Notes: generated from the sequence alone by a model not told the origin. Counted from the first letter of the whole stretch, positions 12,392-26,040 are shown. The stretch: DNA of 62,979 bases, filler included, from Reticulomyxa filosa (GCA_000512085.1; 17 parts of 17 records of this genome joined end to end with filler, not necessarily neighbours in it), one strand, 5' to 3'. Numbers and translations are program-made.

Positions 12392-13413
12392 TCACCAAAC
12401 ACGAATGGGACCTTTGTATAAATCATAATATAAAATGACCCCACAATAATCATTTATTTTTTCTTTATTCAATTTCTTCTTTTTCAGTGATATAAATTTA
12501 ATGCATAATATTACATTATCTCCTTGATCATGTACAATTTCTCTTATTTGATCGAATATCCCAAATCAAATTGTATTACATTTGAATTATCTCCAATCTC
12601 AATATTATTTATTACAAATTGTGAATATTCAACAGACTATACATAATTTGTATGTAAATTTACTATTTTGGTTCGAATGATAAAATACAATATCATGTTT
12701 GTTTAGATCTCGAATAGAAAAATTTTGATTTTGATTTTTGTCTATCTTTCCAACATTTTGAGTAATAATTTATATACTTCCATCATTGGGACCTCTTTTT
12801 TTATTTATGTTCAAAAATGATCCTCTGTCAGTGATAGACAATTCTTTTCATCATTGAAAATTGTTGAACCAACCACTGTTACACAAAAATTTTTATCTTT
12901 TATCTTTGGAGAAATTACTTTCCTTCACTTTTAATATTTTTCCTTTAAAATTGCAACTATTTTTTGAATTCGAATTTGATTTATTCAAATATTTTCTTCT
13001 TCTTATCCTCCTCCTAATTTTATTCCTTCATTTGATTACCTTTTTTTCAAATCAAATTGTCGAGGACAAATTACTAATAATTCAGACATCAATTTTCTCA
13101 TAGTTTTACCTTGCAAAAATTCGCAATGATCATGTTGTTGAATTGGACATTTTCCATTATTCTGTTTCAAATATTTTTGTAAACATTCTTCTCTAACCAA
13201 ACAAACTTGCTCTTCATTCTCGTGTTCACCACAATTCAATTCCATTGCATTATTTACAATTTGATTGCAAATACAACAAATTAAAGTATTCAGTCTTTGT
13301 GCTTCATTTGTCAAGGAAATCCATGATTTATTATAACACTCTGAAAGAGAAAAAACTGTCCTTTTATTTTCTTTAAGTTTTTCTTCTCTTGTCTTTGTTT
13401 CAAATAAGGACAT
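12392..13413 (-). pseudogene. RING-like/TRAF zinc finger fused to WD40, degraded and internally deleted
   Basis: LICCICNQI...CGEH...CLQKYL...CPIQQHDHC...ICPRQF, then SCNFKGKI after a shift. WD40 debris at 12392-12660 (HTNYV*SVEYSQF, WDIRSNK, LCIKFISLK, KGPIRVW*). Confidence 0.75.
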
Positions 13414-13743
13414 TGATCTTACTTATATAATAATGTATCAACTTTAGTTTAAAAAGGGTTTTGAAGGTGAAACAACAATATGGCATGCAATTCTTATGGT
13501 AATAATTTACAAAATTTGGATAGAATTTTCAAATTATTATTTTCTTTGTGTTTTTGAAAAAAAGCCTGTTACTTCTTACAAAATTAAATATGCATACACA
13601 GTTGGGTGTACATTGTTACAAAAACAATATTTCATTTTTGTTGAAAAAAATGACAATACAAATTAAGACCTTGCCTGAATAATTAAAATCCAAATTTAAA
13701 TTGACTGAATTGAAATGGAAATCAAAAAACTTTATTCATATAT

Positions 13744-14033
13744 TCATCCCCAAAAACAAATTAAATTTTTTGTACCATAACATAAATTAACACAGCTATT
13801 GCCATTTGATTTTTTTTCATTGTTGTTTAATCTCTTTTTCAATTCTATAAATTTAAGACATAATACTTTTTTATTTGTATTTATCACATACAATTCATTC
13901 TTATTTGACCGAATATCCCAAAAACGAATTGTTTTATCATCTGACCCAGAACATATCACATTTGAATTACCATCAATAACTTCACTACCGTTCTTTATAA
14001 CAAATGGTGAATATTCAACACACGTTACGTCAT
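13744..14033 (-). CDS. WD40-repeat protein, 3' end only (same family as 7756-9144)
   Basis: VEYSPF...NVICSGSDDKTIRFWDIRSNK...NLCYG...ICFWG*. Cut by a linker. Confidence 0.85.
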
Positions 14034-14133
14034 NNNNNNNNNNNNNNNNNNNNNNNNNNNNNNNNNNNNNNNNNNNNTTAATTAATTAANNNNNNNNNNN
14101 NNNNNNNNNNNNNNNNNNNNNNNNNNNNNNNNN
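14034..14133. other. Artificial contig-joining linker (first of 16)
   Basis: 44 N + TTAATTAATTAA + 44 N. Others start at 18052, 22481, 24301, 25941, 28859, 30013, 31194, 32546, 39451, 45758, 47280, 49395, 55760, 59507 and 61107. Genes are truncated at these points. Confidence 0.98.
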
Positions 14134-14315
14134 TTTTTTTTTTGCGCTTAAGGGAAAAAGTGTATCAGAAGATGTCATGACCCCAGGAAGACTACCAAGT
14201 ACAAATAATGCAACAAGTTTTTTGAAGCCAAACCCCCCAATATCCAAACTTATTTATTTCAAAAACTACGGGTCAGCAAGCCATAAAAAAAAATTTAAAA
14301 ATGTGATTTTGACTA

Positions 14316-16488
14316 TCACTTGTCTAATCCTGCTTCATGGCGCTCCGTCAAAAGTTCTTCTTCACTTTTTTTGATTAGGCCTCGAACGTGTTCGCTTATG
14401 TTTAAGTTCTGTAGTTTTGTATCCCCCCGATAAATTTGCAATTTATATGTTCTATACATGTGATCAACCGTTTAAACATAACTGATACGATTGTGTAGGT
14501 GCCATTTTTGCAAGTGACAGGAAAAGAAAAGAAGATGTCTTTAGCAACACCATAATGTGAACCGTCAGAGTACACAGCTAATGCCACATGCGCTCCCTCA
14601 GGAGTTCCAAAATGCCAGTCACGTATGGCATCTTTAATAGCATTGGCTGCTGACACGGCAGACGAAGAGTTTCTGCAATACACAAATTTGTTTGCTTTTG
14701 GTCAAATGTTGGGTAAGAATATTCGTTTTTGTTTTAAGCTCTTTCTCTTTACCCTTCAATAAAAAAAAAGAGGCTACATAAGCACTTTTTGCAATTACCT
14801 TGCTTCCAAAACAGCTTTTCCTCTTTGTTGAACGCTTGGAATAAATTCACCACTGACCCATTTTTCTTCCACTTCCGCTTTTTTTTGGACTCCATCTACT
14901 GCCACCACAGCATGGGAAACATCTGGAACTCTTGAACATCAAAATCAAGTGACGATGAAAAACAAATGAAGGAAATTTCGGGAGCATTACGTATACATGA
15001 CAACACACAAGCCATTCTTTTTAAAATATCGAAAATAATTATATACTCTCACCATTGATTTATAATGATTTTTTTTTTTTAAGAAATTTATTTTTCAATG
15101 AGAGATCTGGTGAGAGAAAGACTGAAAAGAGGAGATACTGTTTTGTAATGTGTCAAAAAAAAAAAGGAATAAAAAGTGTAACTGTGTGTTGGAATGATTG
15201 CCCCAAATTGCGACATTAGAAACAGCTCGAACAGGGACTCCCAATTTGTGAGCCAATTGGACAGTGGCGCGATTTTGATCTAATCGAGTCAAGGCCGCAA
15301 AGTTACGTCTTGGAATTTTAGTGGCGTGTCTGCTGCAGGTCAAGCAGTTGGTGTTGGCAGGATTAGCAACCACCAAAACCTTGCATGTTTCTTTTGCATA
15401 TTTTTGCAATCCTTCTCCCATGCTTTGGAATATGGGCGCATTTTTCGCCAACAAATCTTTGCGTTCCATACCAACACCACGAGGGAATCCGCCCACCAGT
15501 ATGGCATAATCCACATCTTTAAATGCCTATGCAAAAAAAAAAACAATAATATTTTAAAAAAAAAATAGTAATACAACAAAAAGAACTGTCAATTGTTCTT
15601 ACTTATCATTTACAAGTTCAATTTTTGTGTTTTTTATTTTTTTTTTTTTGTATAATGGTAATATGTTGGCTTTATTATTTAATTTTAATTTTCATTTTTT
15701 ACAATTCTTAAGCAAACTTGTATTTTTTTTTATTGCCCTTTTCAAAGCCTCTTTCTCTTTCTTTTTCTCCTTCTTCTTTCTTTCTCCCCTCTCTTCTCTC
15801 ATTTTACTGTTTGAATTAGTACGTAACAACAGCGGGGTCAGTGGTGGGAATCACGGCGTCCACCAAAGGATAGGCACCATCTTCGATTTCCATGGCCACC
15901 CCGTTTAATGCTTTCAATGCACTGGGAATTTCCAACAACGTCAATATCAAAGGTTGGTCCAATCCCAACACTTGGCCGCTCGCAACGAGTGGCACTAATG
16001 CATATCCTACTTGTCCAGCTGCACCGGTAATCACCACGCGCAAAGGTTCCTTAATCAATGTTCGTGCAAAACGATGTTGTCCTTTAAGTGTTTAAGACAA
16101 AAAAATCTATCCTTCATTTTTTATAATCTTGGATTTTTTTTTTTGCAATCACCGCAAAAAAAAAAAATTAATTAAAAAAAAAAGTTGACACTTTTGTCTT
16201 TAAGGCCCCGCATAACTCAACTTAAGTAGTCAACTTCTTCTCGAACTCCAAGTAAATATTTTCGAGCAGCTGATCGAAATGTCGCCGCAGTTAGTGCGCA
16301 GCCACTCACCAACAATTCTTTTCTTACACTTTGTAATTCCTTATGAATTTGGGACAACGCACTATTTCTCTCATTCAGTTCTTCTTTTGTTTTTCGATCG
16401 TTTCTTGGTCTTGCAAAATTTGTGTTCGCAAAACGCGTAATTTTTCAGTCAACAGTATTGTGTCTTCTTTTGATAAACCAGTAGACAT
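14316..16488 (-). CDS. MDH1: Cytosolic-type malate dehydrogenase, multi-exon, with a probable N-terminal extension
   Basis: [61 protein letters not shown] and FSFPV motifs. The last exon ends [12 protein letters not shown]. The core starts near 16060; the start at 16488 is tentative. Confidence 0.9.
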
Positions 16489-17307
16489 TGTCCCTTAATT
16501 GGAAGATAGATGAAGTCACCAAATTTTTGAAATAAAGCAAAAAAAAACTTTTCAGAACGCAACTACGCAACTTTTTTTAATTAAAAAAGTAACGATAATC
16601 CGATCACAAACAAAACAGACAACTTTTTTTGTGTAGTCGTCACAGTGACAAATCTATACACACCCAACAATTATTCAATCAAAAATTTCAATTTTTTCTC
16701 CAGTTTATATTTGATTGGCTTGTGACAAGTTAATTTGTTGTAATGTGTACAGTATGTGCCCAACTAACCTATAGAAAGAAAAAACTAGGCGTCCATAACA
16801 CCACAACAAAATTACCTTTTGTCAATGAAATCATGCGTGGTTGGTGGAGAAAAACGGGGCTAATTACTTACTTCACAACAACAAAAAAAAATGTGATCTA
16901 CTGAACAATCAACAACTTCAGGCATTTTCCTTTTCGAAAAAAAAAGACAATCAGAGACTTTTTCACAAGTTCTCTTCCCATCCTCCCTCAAACAAAATAA
17001 AAAGATGAACAGGTTTCAGTTGAACAAATCCAAGAATGCACATAAAACAAACATAGCGACTAAAAGCCACCCATTTCTATTTGGGACAGTGGATGCCCTT
17101 TTTTCCCCCAATTTTTGAAAAAACAAAGACTAAACAAAAAAAACATTTTTCATAACAAGGTTACTCAAAAATGATAGCCTGCATTTTATGACCGGTTATT
17201 TTCGTTTTACTTTTTTTTTTGTTTTTGTTTCTTTATTTTTTCTTTTGAGTTGTGTTTGAAACTCAAAGCCCCACGTTGAAAGAACAATGCCTTCGAATGT
17301 TAAAGTT

Positions 17308-18010
17308 TCATTCGTTGGTTTTCATTTCGGTGGTTTCTTGTTGCTTATTTTGCTTCATTTGTTTTTTATGAAGTTTGCGAATGTCGGTCAAATATTCGTG
17401 ATTCATAGCATCATTCGCGCTGATTCTTTTTTGAGGGTCAAACTGCAAAAATCCTTCCAATAAATTGACACCTTGAGTGTCCAGCATTGGAAATAACTTC
17501 CTTAAATCTTTGGCATCATAAGAAGGGAAATCGGGCTTGATTTTTTTTTTTTTTTGGATCACACATGCAATCACATAAATATGTACATATACATATTTGC
17601 ATAAGTATATATACTTATGCTCAATGTTCCATTGTCGTTATTTGTTCATGTGTATATTTCAATGGAAAAAATAAGAGACAGAGGAGAGGGAAGGGGGGGG
17701 AAAAAAAGGAAACTTTGTATTGAGGTAATTGGTCCATGTCAGGCCAACTTTCTAACGTAGGAGTGCCCAAGAGTTGAAAAATTTTATGTAATTGATCTTT
17801 TTCCGAAGTTCCTGGAAACAAAGGTCTTCCAGTTAACATTTCAGCAAAAATGCACCCTACGGACCACATATCCACGCTGGTGTTATAGTGTTTGGAGCCC
17901 ATCAACACATCCGGTGGTCTGTACCACAACGTCACGACTTCGTGAGTCAAACTTCGAACAGGAATACCAAATGCACGTGCCAATCCAAAATCGGCTAACT
18001 TTAATTGCCC
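17308..18010 (-). CDS. Cyclin-dependent kinase (CDK5/Cdc2-related), 3' part
   Basis: [36 protein letters not shown]...[13 protein letters not shown], and a last exon with [19 protein letters not shown]. Confidence 0.92.
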
Positions 18011-18151
18011 TTCCTTTATTTGGAATATATTTTATTTGGGAAAGGGGGGGGNNNNNNNNNNNNNNNNNNNNNNNNNNNNNNNNNNNNNNNNNNNNTTAAT
18101 TAATTAANNNNNNNNNNNNNNNNNNNNNNNNNNNNNNNNNNNNNNNNNNNN

Positions 18152-18182
<31 letters not shown>

Positions 18183-19111
18183 GTAGTAGTAACAGTAGTC
18201 GACAAGTGAAAGGTGTTAGCACATGGTCGGCTGCTGCCATTGCCATGGGGGTATTGAAGGATGCACTTGGGTCGCAGATGTGTGAAAATGAAAGTGTCTT
18301 TCATTTGTGGCAGTGGCTCAAGTCCATCTCGTTGCTCACACAGGACGACAAGATTTTGGAACTGTGGAAAGATGTCACCGTCTTCGAGGCGATTGCTGAT
18401 GCGCTTGGCAAAAAAGAGGTTGAAGATGCCAACAACAGGTCAACACTTTATCCTACTCAGCAAAATGCTTCGGAAGTGTTGCTCTTGGCAAGTAGTAGTG
18501 CGAGACCCAACAAACGCAAGGCGACGAGATGGGCGTTGGAAATCATCATTATGGACTTGATGGAGTGGGCGGTCCATGGTCATCGCATTTGGCAGTACGT
18601 ACCTTCGATCAATCCCTCCTCTTCCGCCACCAGTGCGACGATGGAATCGAAGACGGAAGATAGAGAAAACGCAAACACTGGGGTCACCCCCTCGAATGAT
18701 GACACACAAAAAAATGAACAGTTTAAGTGGAATAACAACTTGTCCAAATTGGTCCAGTTTGTGGAACAATTTGTTGACGTGGAAAAAGATTTGAAAATAT
18801 GGAAACGCGTCGTTGTACTGTTGCTGCAAAATCGCAAAGCGTGGCGGAGATTGGGGATCTCTGGCAACACTTATGGTGTCGACTTGCTCAAGTCCTTTTT
18901 GGTCGATTTGCTGATGGATGAATTTTTTATGGACAAGGTGCTAACTCTTTTAACTGGAGAGGAAAGTATCATCATTTCCTCGATGATCATTGCCGAACTT
19001 CAAGAACGTCCTCCGTGTCCGAATTTGTGTCCCAACGGCGTTCGAACGTTTTTGAAACAAACTTTGGGGGCTGGGTTTTCTGACTATATTGGGGTCGGTG
19101 CTGGGTTGTAA
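18152..19111 (+). CDS. Hypothetical alpha-helical protein, 5'-partial
   Basis: Stop-free frame of more than 300 codons with coding-like composition. No family recognised. Confidence 0.65.
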
Positions 19112-21039
19112 TTTTTTCTTATTTAATAGCTCGCGAACTTTATCACGATTTAAAAAGCTTCTTTTTTTTCTGCACATCAAATGATTCGGCTGCTCACTTG
19201 CATATAATGTGAGTGTTTGATACAATTTTTACACAATGTTGATTTTTCCTAGTAGTTTTGCTTCCTCTTTCGCAATGCAACTTGATTTTGTATGATTAAA
19301 AAAATAATTTTTTGTACAATGGTTATCAGAAAGTAATTATATAGCTTAAACCTTAATTTTTTTTGGAATGTGGGTTGTGTGATCAGCCAAATAGGACAAA
19401 TTTTTAAAGCTTAGACAGTCGCTTTAGTCCCACTTTTCAACAAACTTCCTATTTTAGTTATTTTATCATCGATATTGCAAAAAAAGGCGATTGTATTGTT
19501 TCTTTAGACAATCTTTTCTCACGTGTGTAATTCCATCAAGAAAAATAAATTTACACAATTGTTGGCAAAGCGTAAATATCATAACTTTATTTTCTGCACT
19601 GCAAAAAATAATCTGCCAAAACAACAAGAAAAACTAATGTTTCTCAATTACCATCTTCCGGTTCTCAATTGCACTGATTGAATTCTGATACAAAAAATCT
19701 ATCGTTTTCACGATTGATCGGAATAGCAAATTCAGAATTTTAAATCCGCTTTAGAACTTTCTTTAACATCTAAAAAAGAGTAATTATGTTTTTACGTAAA
19801 AAAAAGAAAATGTACAACCAAAGTTTACTTACTGATCAATGCATGGCAATGATTAAAATCTTGGTCAACAACATCATGAAAGATGGCAGTTGATGAATAT
19901 ATAATGTGAAATAGAAATCAAAAGGCACCGCGGTGATGGTCAAAAAAACGCCAGTGTAGAACAGCAATAAAAAGGAAAAAGAACAAAAAAAAAAAGGAAA
20001 AAAACAAATCAAACCAACACTCCAACAAAGGGAAAAAAAGGTAGAAGAAAAAAAGCACACACAAAATAGCCAACTCGGACAAAAAAAGAAAAAAAGAATA
20101 TAGCAAAAATCGAAAAACAATGAAAAACCCAGTACATTTTTGTTGGCTCTCTTTTTTTCACAAAAACATCAACACCAAAAAAAAAACAAAGATGAATGTC
20201 AGAATGAATTTAAAAACGAAACATTGCACCTGCCTAAAAACAAACAAAAACAAAGAAACTGTTCCTTATCTCAATCTCAACTCAAGTAAAAAAAAAAACG
20301 CGCTGTTTTGTTTTTGTGTTGAATAGTGGAGACCAGAAACAGTTTTGAGTGTTGTGAAAAAGAGTAATTGAAATAAGAGGGAAAAAAAAAAGAACGAAAG
20401 ACTTATACACACCTTTGAAGGACAAAAGAAAGATAAAACGGAAAAAACAAAATAAAACATAACATTTTCAAAAAACAAAACAACTTTTACAACTACTTGT
20501 TGAATTTTTTTTGTCACTCTGCAATGATTTAAAAAAACATATGTAAATTTTTTAAAATCATTACGTTGCATCTTCTTCTTCCCCTTTCTTGGTTTTTTTT
20601 TTTTCTCATGGTTTGGTCAACCACCAAGCGCGAGAAAGGAACGAGACAAAACAAAGTCACAAAACAACAACAACAACAAAAGAGTGACATCACAGCCGAC
20701 AAGTAAATACAAAAAAAATAACAAGCAACAACCTTAAAATAAAAAGGGGATTTTGAAAAAAAAAATCATAAAAAGAATTAATTTTTTTTTTTTTTGTAAG
20801 AAAAAAGTTGTGATCATCCCCCCTCCCCTTGTTATTTTTTTTTTTCCATGCTCGTGCATTTGTGAATACAAAAGGGACGGAGAAAAGGGGGGGAGGGGGA
20901 ACGTACACACAAAATTTTTTTTTTTTAAGGTTTCGATGCCGTAAATTAGTATCTTTGTCTTTTTGAATATTTTTTTCTTTGTTTCTTTCAGTATTGTCGC
21001 GATGGATTTTCTTTTTCTCATGTTTATGTTCTTTTTTCT

Positions 21040-22400
21040 TTTCAGTCGTAATATCGTACATAATCATATCATCATCACTCTTCGTGTCTGTTTCCGCGCC
21101 GTTGTCATCGTCGGCATGGTCATGATGATAATGTGTGTCAACGAAAGATATTTTATCTTTTTGTTTTTTTGCGTGGTCTTCCTGGAGGAGTTGTTTGCCT
21201 GTCCATGGCTTGTTGTTTCGTCATCCGTACTATAACTATCATTGGTATCACTATCCTTGCCATTAGTACGCTTATCCGCATTTCGAGTAAGACGATCATA
21301 ATCCGCGCTCGTGTACGCTTTTTTTGCAATTCATGCTTTCGTTTTTTTTCTTGTCCGCAGTTCCAATCGTCTCATCCTTTGACTGTGTGAACAGCAGCAC
21401 ATCGGTCGATTTGGTAGCTGTGTGCGTCACATTGATTGGCGCACTTTCGCTCGCGTTAACAATATTCAATGTACCGCCTGCCTTTGCCACGTCCAACTCT
21501 CCTCTTTTTTCGTCAAAGAAAAATGCGGGGGGTGGTTGCGATACGTCCATTTCCGCGTCGTTTTGGTTTGTACTAGAGATGGGCGGCGGCAGCGACGCAT
21601 TGACCTCCGTTGGGGCATTCTTCTCCTCGTTGCCTGCCACTTGCTTTTCTTTCGTCGCTTCAAATGACGCTTTCACTTCGTCGTTTCCCTCTTTTTTATT
21701 CGCTTCCACTAGTGCAACTTGTGGATTGACATATGTGTTATGTGTATTATTATTATTATTATTAGTTTTTATATAAAAAAAAAAAATCCCCCTTTGCACG
21801 CTATACGTGCGTATAGACTAAAGTATACGTTTTGTTTTTTTTTTTTATAAAAAAAAAATGTAAAACTAGGCGGTTTTGTAAAATAGCTGCTATTTCTTGG
21901 GGGCGGCTCCGCCACTTTGTACTTGAATTGAAAGCCGGAATCATTTGTGTTTTGATTTTTGGCGTCGTTTTCGCTCTCGTTATTTTCCAAGTCGCTTTCT
22001 CCTTCCTCGGGGATTGGGGAGGCTCGAGTTACCGTTTGCGCGGGACTCAGCTTGCCCAATTGGCCTAAAACGTCATTGCATTGCATTTTTGTTTGTTTGT
22101 TTGTTTGTTTGTTTGAATGTGTATGTGTGTGTGTGCGTGTATATGATGGACAAATATGTTGACTAAAACGTTTTTTAAGCGGTCTCGGCCGTGCACAGGT
22201 CTGTGTCTTGTAGCGTTTCCATTTCTTGTTTTTTAGTTTCTCCAATCGCTTTTTGGTTTTTTCGTCCCATCTCTTTTTACTCTCTTTCTTTTGTTGCGAC
22301 AATAGGGAGACTTTTGACTGATTTCGAAGCAGCGCATCCACGCTGTATCTTCGTGCATCTGCCGGTAAGTCGTCTTCCAAGTCTGGCCCCTTCAAGCCTT
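21040..22400 (-). CDS. Hypothetical low-complexity charged protein, 3' exons (boundaries approximate)
   Basis: GC-richer exon-like blocks (GPDLEDDLPADARRYS, LGQLGKLSPAQT, VALVEANKKEG and an Asp-rich tail) separated by microsatellite-rich intron-like blocks. Confidence 0.5.
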
Positions 22401-22441
22401 TACAAATTTATATGTACATATAACCCCTTATCAAATCATCC

Positions 22442-22480
<39 letters not shown>

Positions 22481-22580
22481 NNNNNNNNNNNNNNNNNNNN
22501 NNNNNNNNNNNNNNNNNNNNNNNNTTAATTAATTAANNNNNNNNNNNNNNNNNNNNNNNNNNNNNNNNNNNNNNNNNNNN

Positions 22581-23317
22581 TTTCCTTTCGAAAAAGACGA
22601 TTTGGAATATTCCTCAGCATCATCATCTTCTTCATCTTCTTCTTCTTCTTCTTGCTCTTCCGCATCCCAATATCCCAAAATCAACAAGTTCTTGCCAAAG
22701 GGGGTAATCCCACAAATGTAATAATCGGTGACAAACACATGGGCAATAGTCACATCGACAGACGCGTTGGACAGGGACGAGTGATCGTAGGACTCCTTTC
22801 GCGGATGCACTTTTGCGATCTTGACCCAGTCGACCCATCCGATCAACAGTGTATGATCATTTTGCCAGCACAGACAGCAGCGAAAAGCCAAGGAGTCAAA
22901 GGGCATTTTCCCCGACGGCTTGATTTCGGCAATCGGTTTGTGATGCTTCACGTCGTACAATTTGACGCCGCGGTCATTGGCCCAGGCGATCCATTCGTTG
23001 CAGCGACGAACGCAATAGATCGGCCCTTCCCCGCAGTGCAGCACGCGAGTCTCATTGCGAACGCGCTTGATTTTGCGTTCGAACAGTTGTTGGTGCATCC
23101 CCCCGCAAATGAACGTTTTCGTTTCCTTGAAGTCTGGGTCCAGCGACACCGTTAGTACGTGGTCCTCCTGGCTGAATTGGTACTCTTTCGATTGGTCTTT
23201 GAACACGTCTCGAATTATTACACGTCCTGTGCTCCTCCGAATACCATTGTTTATTTTTATAATTCGCACATTTATCATCGATTATCATTTGATCAATTAT
23301 GTTGTACATATAAAATA

Positions 23318-23355
<38 letters not shown>

Positions 23356-24300
23356 TATTTTATATGTACAACATAATTTGATCAAATGGTAATTTATCTA
23401 TTTTTAACAAACAAAAAAAAAAAAAAAAAAATTTATACGCACTGTCATTTTTTGCACATGATGCCACATAGTCTCCATTGCCACTGACGCTGATATCGTT
23501 AATTGGCTGAGTATGAGGTCGGTAGGTTTTAATAATGTTCCCTTGAGTGTCACAAATGCTAATGCTCCCTGATTCTCTTCCCAACACCAAGTACCGACTA
23601 TGCGCGGTTAAAAAACATGCCTTGTCTTTTTGGATCTCTTTATGCACTTCGCCGAACATGCGAACATATTTTACCTGCGGCTCGTGAATAGCTTCATCAT
23701 CGGCCCTCTTTTCTTCCTCTTCATTATTATTACTATTCTTTTCTGCCTCTATTTTTCTCTTTTCTATTTCTTCTTCTTCTTCAGCAGCTTGTTTTCCTTC
23801 TCCATTCTCATTACCCTCCTCCTTGTTCTCGTCGTATTCGCTGTCCGCGCGTAACAGAGAAAACAACGAATTGCTCTTTTGTGTGTCTGCAAACTCAGAG
23901 TACTTTGGAGTCTTATCCTCACTCATTATATTGACACTCGCTCGTGTCCCCAACGTCGGTTTGTTCGATATCTTTGTCGATAACGTACTCGGTCGAGATG
24001 TATGTTTTGGGCGATTCACTTCTTCTATCACTTTTGTTTTCCCTTTTGGTGTCGCAGTTTTCTTTTCTTCTTCTTCTTCTTCTTCCTCAACATCTTCTTC
24101 CTCCTCTACTTCCTCTTCTTCTTCCTCTTCCTCTTCCTCTTTTTCTTTCTTTTGCCCTACTTGGACAGCTCTCTTTTCATTTTTTGTATCGTGATGACTG
24201 TGGGACAATGATTTGGGAACATTGCTTGTGTGCACTTTGTCTGTATGCACTTTGTTTGTATGCACTTTGTTTGTATGCACTTTGGGCGTGCCGACATCTT
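22581..24300 (-). CDS. VPS41: VPS41 (HOPS subunit) N-terminal beta-propeller, internal fragment
   Basis: YLVLGRESGSISICDTQGN, HTQPINDISVSGNGDYVASC, LHCGEGPIYCV, IAWANDRGVKLYD, CCLCWQNDHTLLIGW and TDYYICGITPF match the Vps41 propeller motifs as I know them. Confidence 0.85.
24231..24284 (-). repeat. 15-bp coding tandem repeat (KVHT[N/D/S] x4)
   Basis: TGCACTTTG recurs at 24231, 24246, 24261 and 24276. Confidence 0.9.
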
Positions 24301-26040
24301 NNNNNNNNNNNNNNNNNNNNNNNNNNNNNNNNNNNNNNNNNNNNTTAATTAATTAANNNNNNNNNNNNNNNNNNNNNNNNNNNNNNNNNNNNNNNNNNNN
24401 TTTTTTTTTTGTCATCTTAACAACAAATTTTAAATTGTTCTGGTAAATCTCTTGATCTTGTTGGCACATGCAGATCACTCAGAATGCTAATTGTACTGAC
24501 ATATCTTCCTAACTAATATAATCCACTTACACAAAAACAAATCAGATTAGTCCCCACAACATACGTTCACTTGCAAGCAATGGACTTCCGTGATAAGTTA
24601 TTTTTCAACTTTTATAAATGAAACAATATCGGTTTGATAAAGGTAATTTTAATATAACTACATTCCAAAATTATACCGTACTTGAATGCAAATTTTTTAT
24701 TGTATAAATTAATTATTGGAATTTAACTCTCAGTTTGTGAACTACAATTTGTTTTTTCAATTATTAAAGCAAAAGCCACGTTGTATCCGTAGTACTGAAC
24801 AAGAGGACCTTGGGTTTCTATTCAATTTTTGGAAAATTACAGACAATCTTGATTGTTTCAGTAATCTTAAATTTCTTTTTCAATTTTTTGGAACAATTTC
24901 GCATGATGGCCGACAAAGATGAAAAATCAGCAGCTTCAATAACTTCAAACTTTTCTGCTAAACAAGAGTCAGCCATGCATAACACGCGCTCCGAAATTGA
25001 AAATATTCCATTCTTTGTCTTTTGTCATTTGGACATGCAACGGCAGTCCTATCAAATCAAAGAAAAAAATGATTGCTAGAATAAACTGTTATTTTTAAAA
25101 ACAGGTTCAAAAAAATAAGAAACACAATATTCAAGAATAAACTACAACTTTAAAATGCAAAAATATTTCATACTTACAAATAGTATTATCTTTTTTTAAT
25201 AAAAATATCTAATGTGCACGATTATCAAAATTATTCAATCAATAAAAACTATCATTACAAAAATAACAACTTCTGCAGAGATGAAGTAATATTCCTTCAA
25301 ATGAAACAGCAGATAGTCAAATAAAAGACAGTATGTCAGCTTTGCGCCAGTTGGACTGCCTGAACTATCCTCTTCTTTTCCTACAAGACATCTTTGAAAG
25401 CGTTTTATGAAAAAAAAGGGCCTGGCAAATGGTCAATTAGATAAAGTAGAAGAAAAAAGGATCTAAAAAAAACAGCAACTCAACAAATGGGCACCCCTCC
25501 AAACAAAGAAGGAGAAGAAGCAAAAGAGAACGCCAAAAACTGGAAAAATACTGAGTGAATCACAATTGACAAGAAGCTGCCAGTTTTGGTTTTTGAGAAA
25601 GCGACATCTTTTTTAAAAAAGAGTATTTTTACTTTGTTATTTTGTTTCTCCCAGATGCTATATTATGCTTTACTAAAATTTTGAGATGGAATGTGATGTT
25701 TGCGCAAACTCTCGACTATAATCTCATGATCGTCGATGTGGTCCTGGCTTGCTTGTTGTTATCATTGGTACCCTACAATTTGTCTTGTTGTGATGCCTCG
25801 CGCAACGCTGTCAAAGACAACGCGCGGATGGCTGACTGGCCCCACAGCAACGAGGCCACCATTTCAATCACCACCATTTCCATCATAACTAAAATGTAAT
25901 CAGCAATCCACAAATCCAATCTCCAATACAATCTTTCATANNNNNNNNNNNNNNNNNNNNNNNNNNNNNNNNNNNNNNNNNNNNTTAATTAATTAANNNN
26001 NNNNNNNNNNNNNNNNNNNNNNNNNNNNNNNNNNNNNNNN

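Noticed and set aside
16200-16300. Stop-codon reassignment (a frame reading through two TAA)
   Set aside because: Paralogous WD40 genes end at the same WG with TAG (7756), TGA (13744) and TAA (48543), so all three codons act as stops.
19400-21030. Phe-rich and Lys-rich ORFs here and at 54780-55756
   Set aside because: They are translations of poly-T/poly-A intergenic or intronic DNA.
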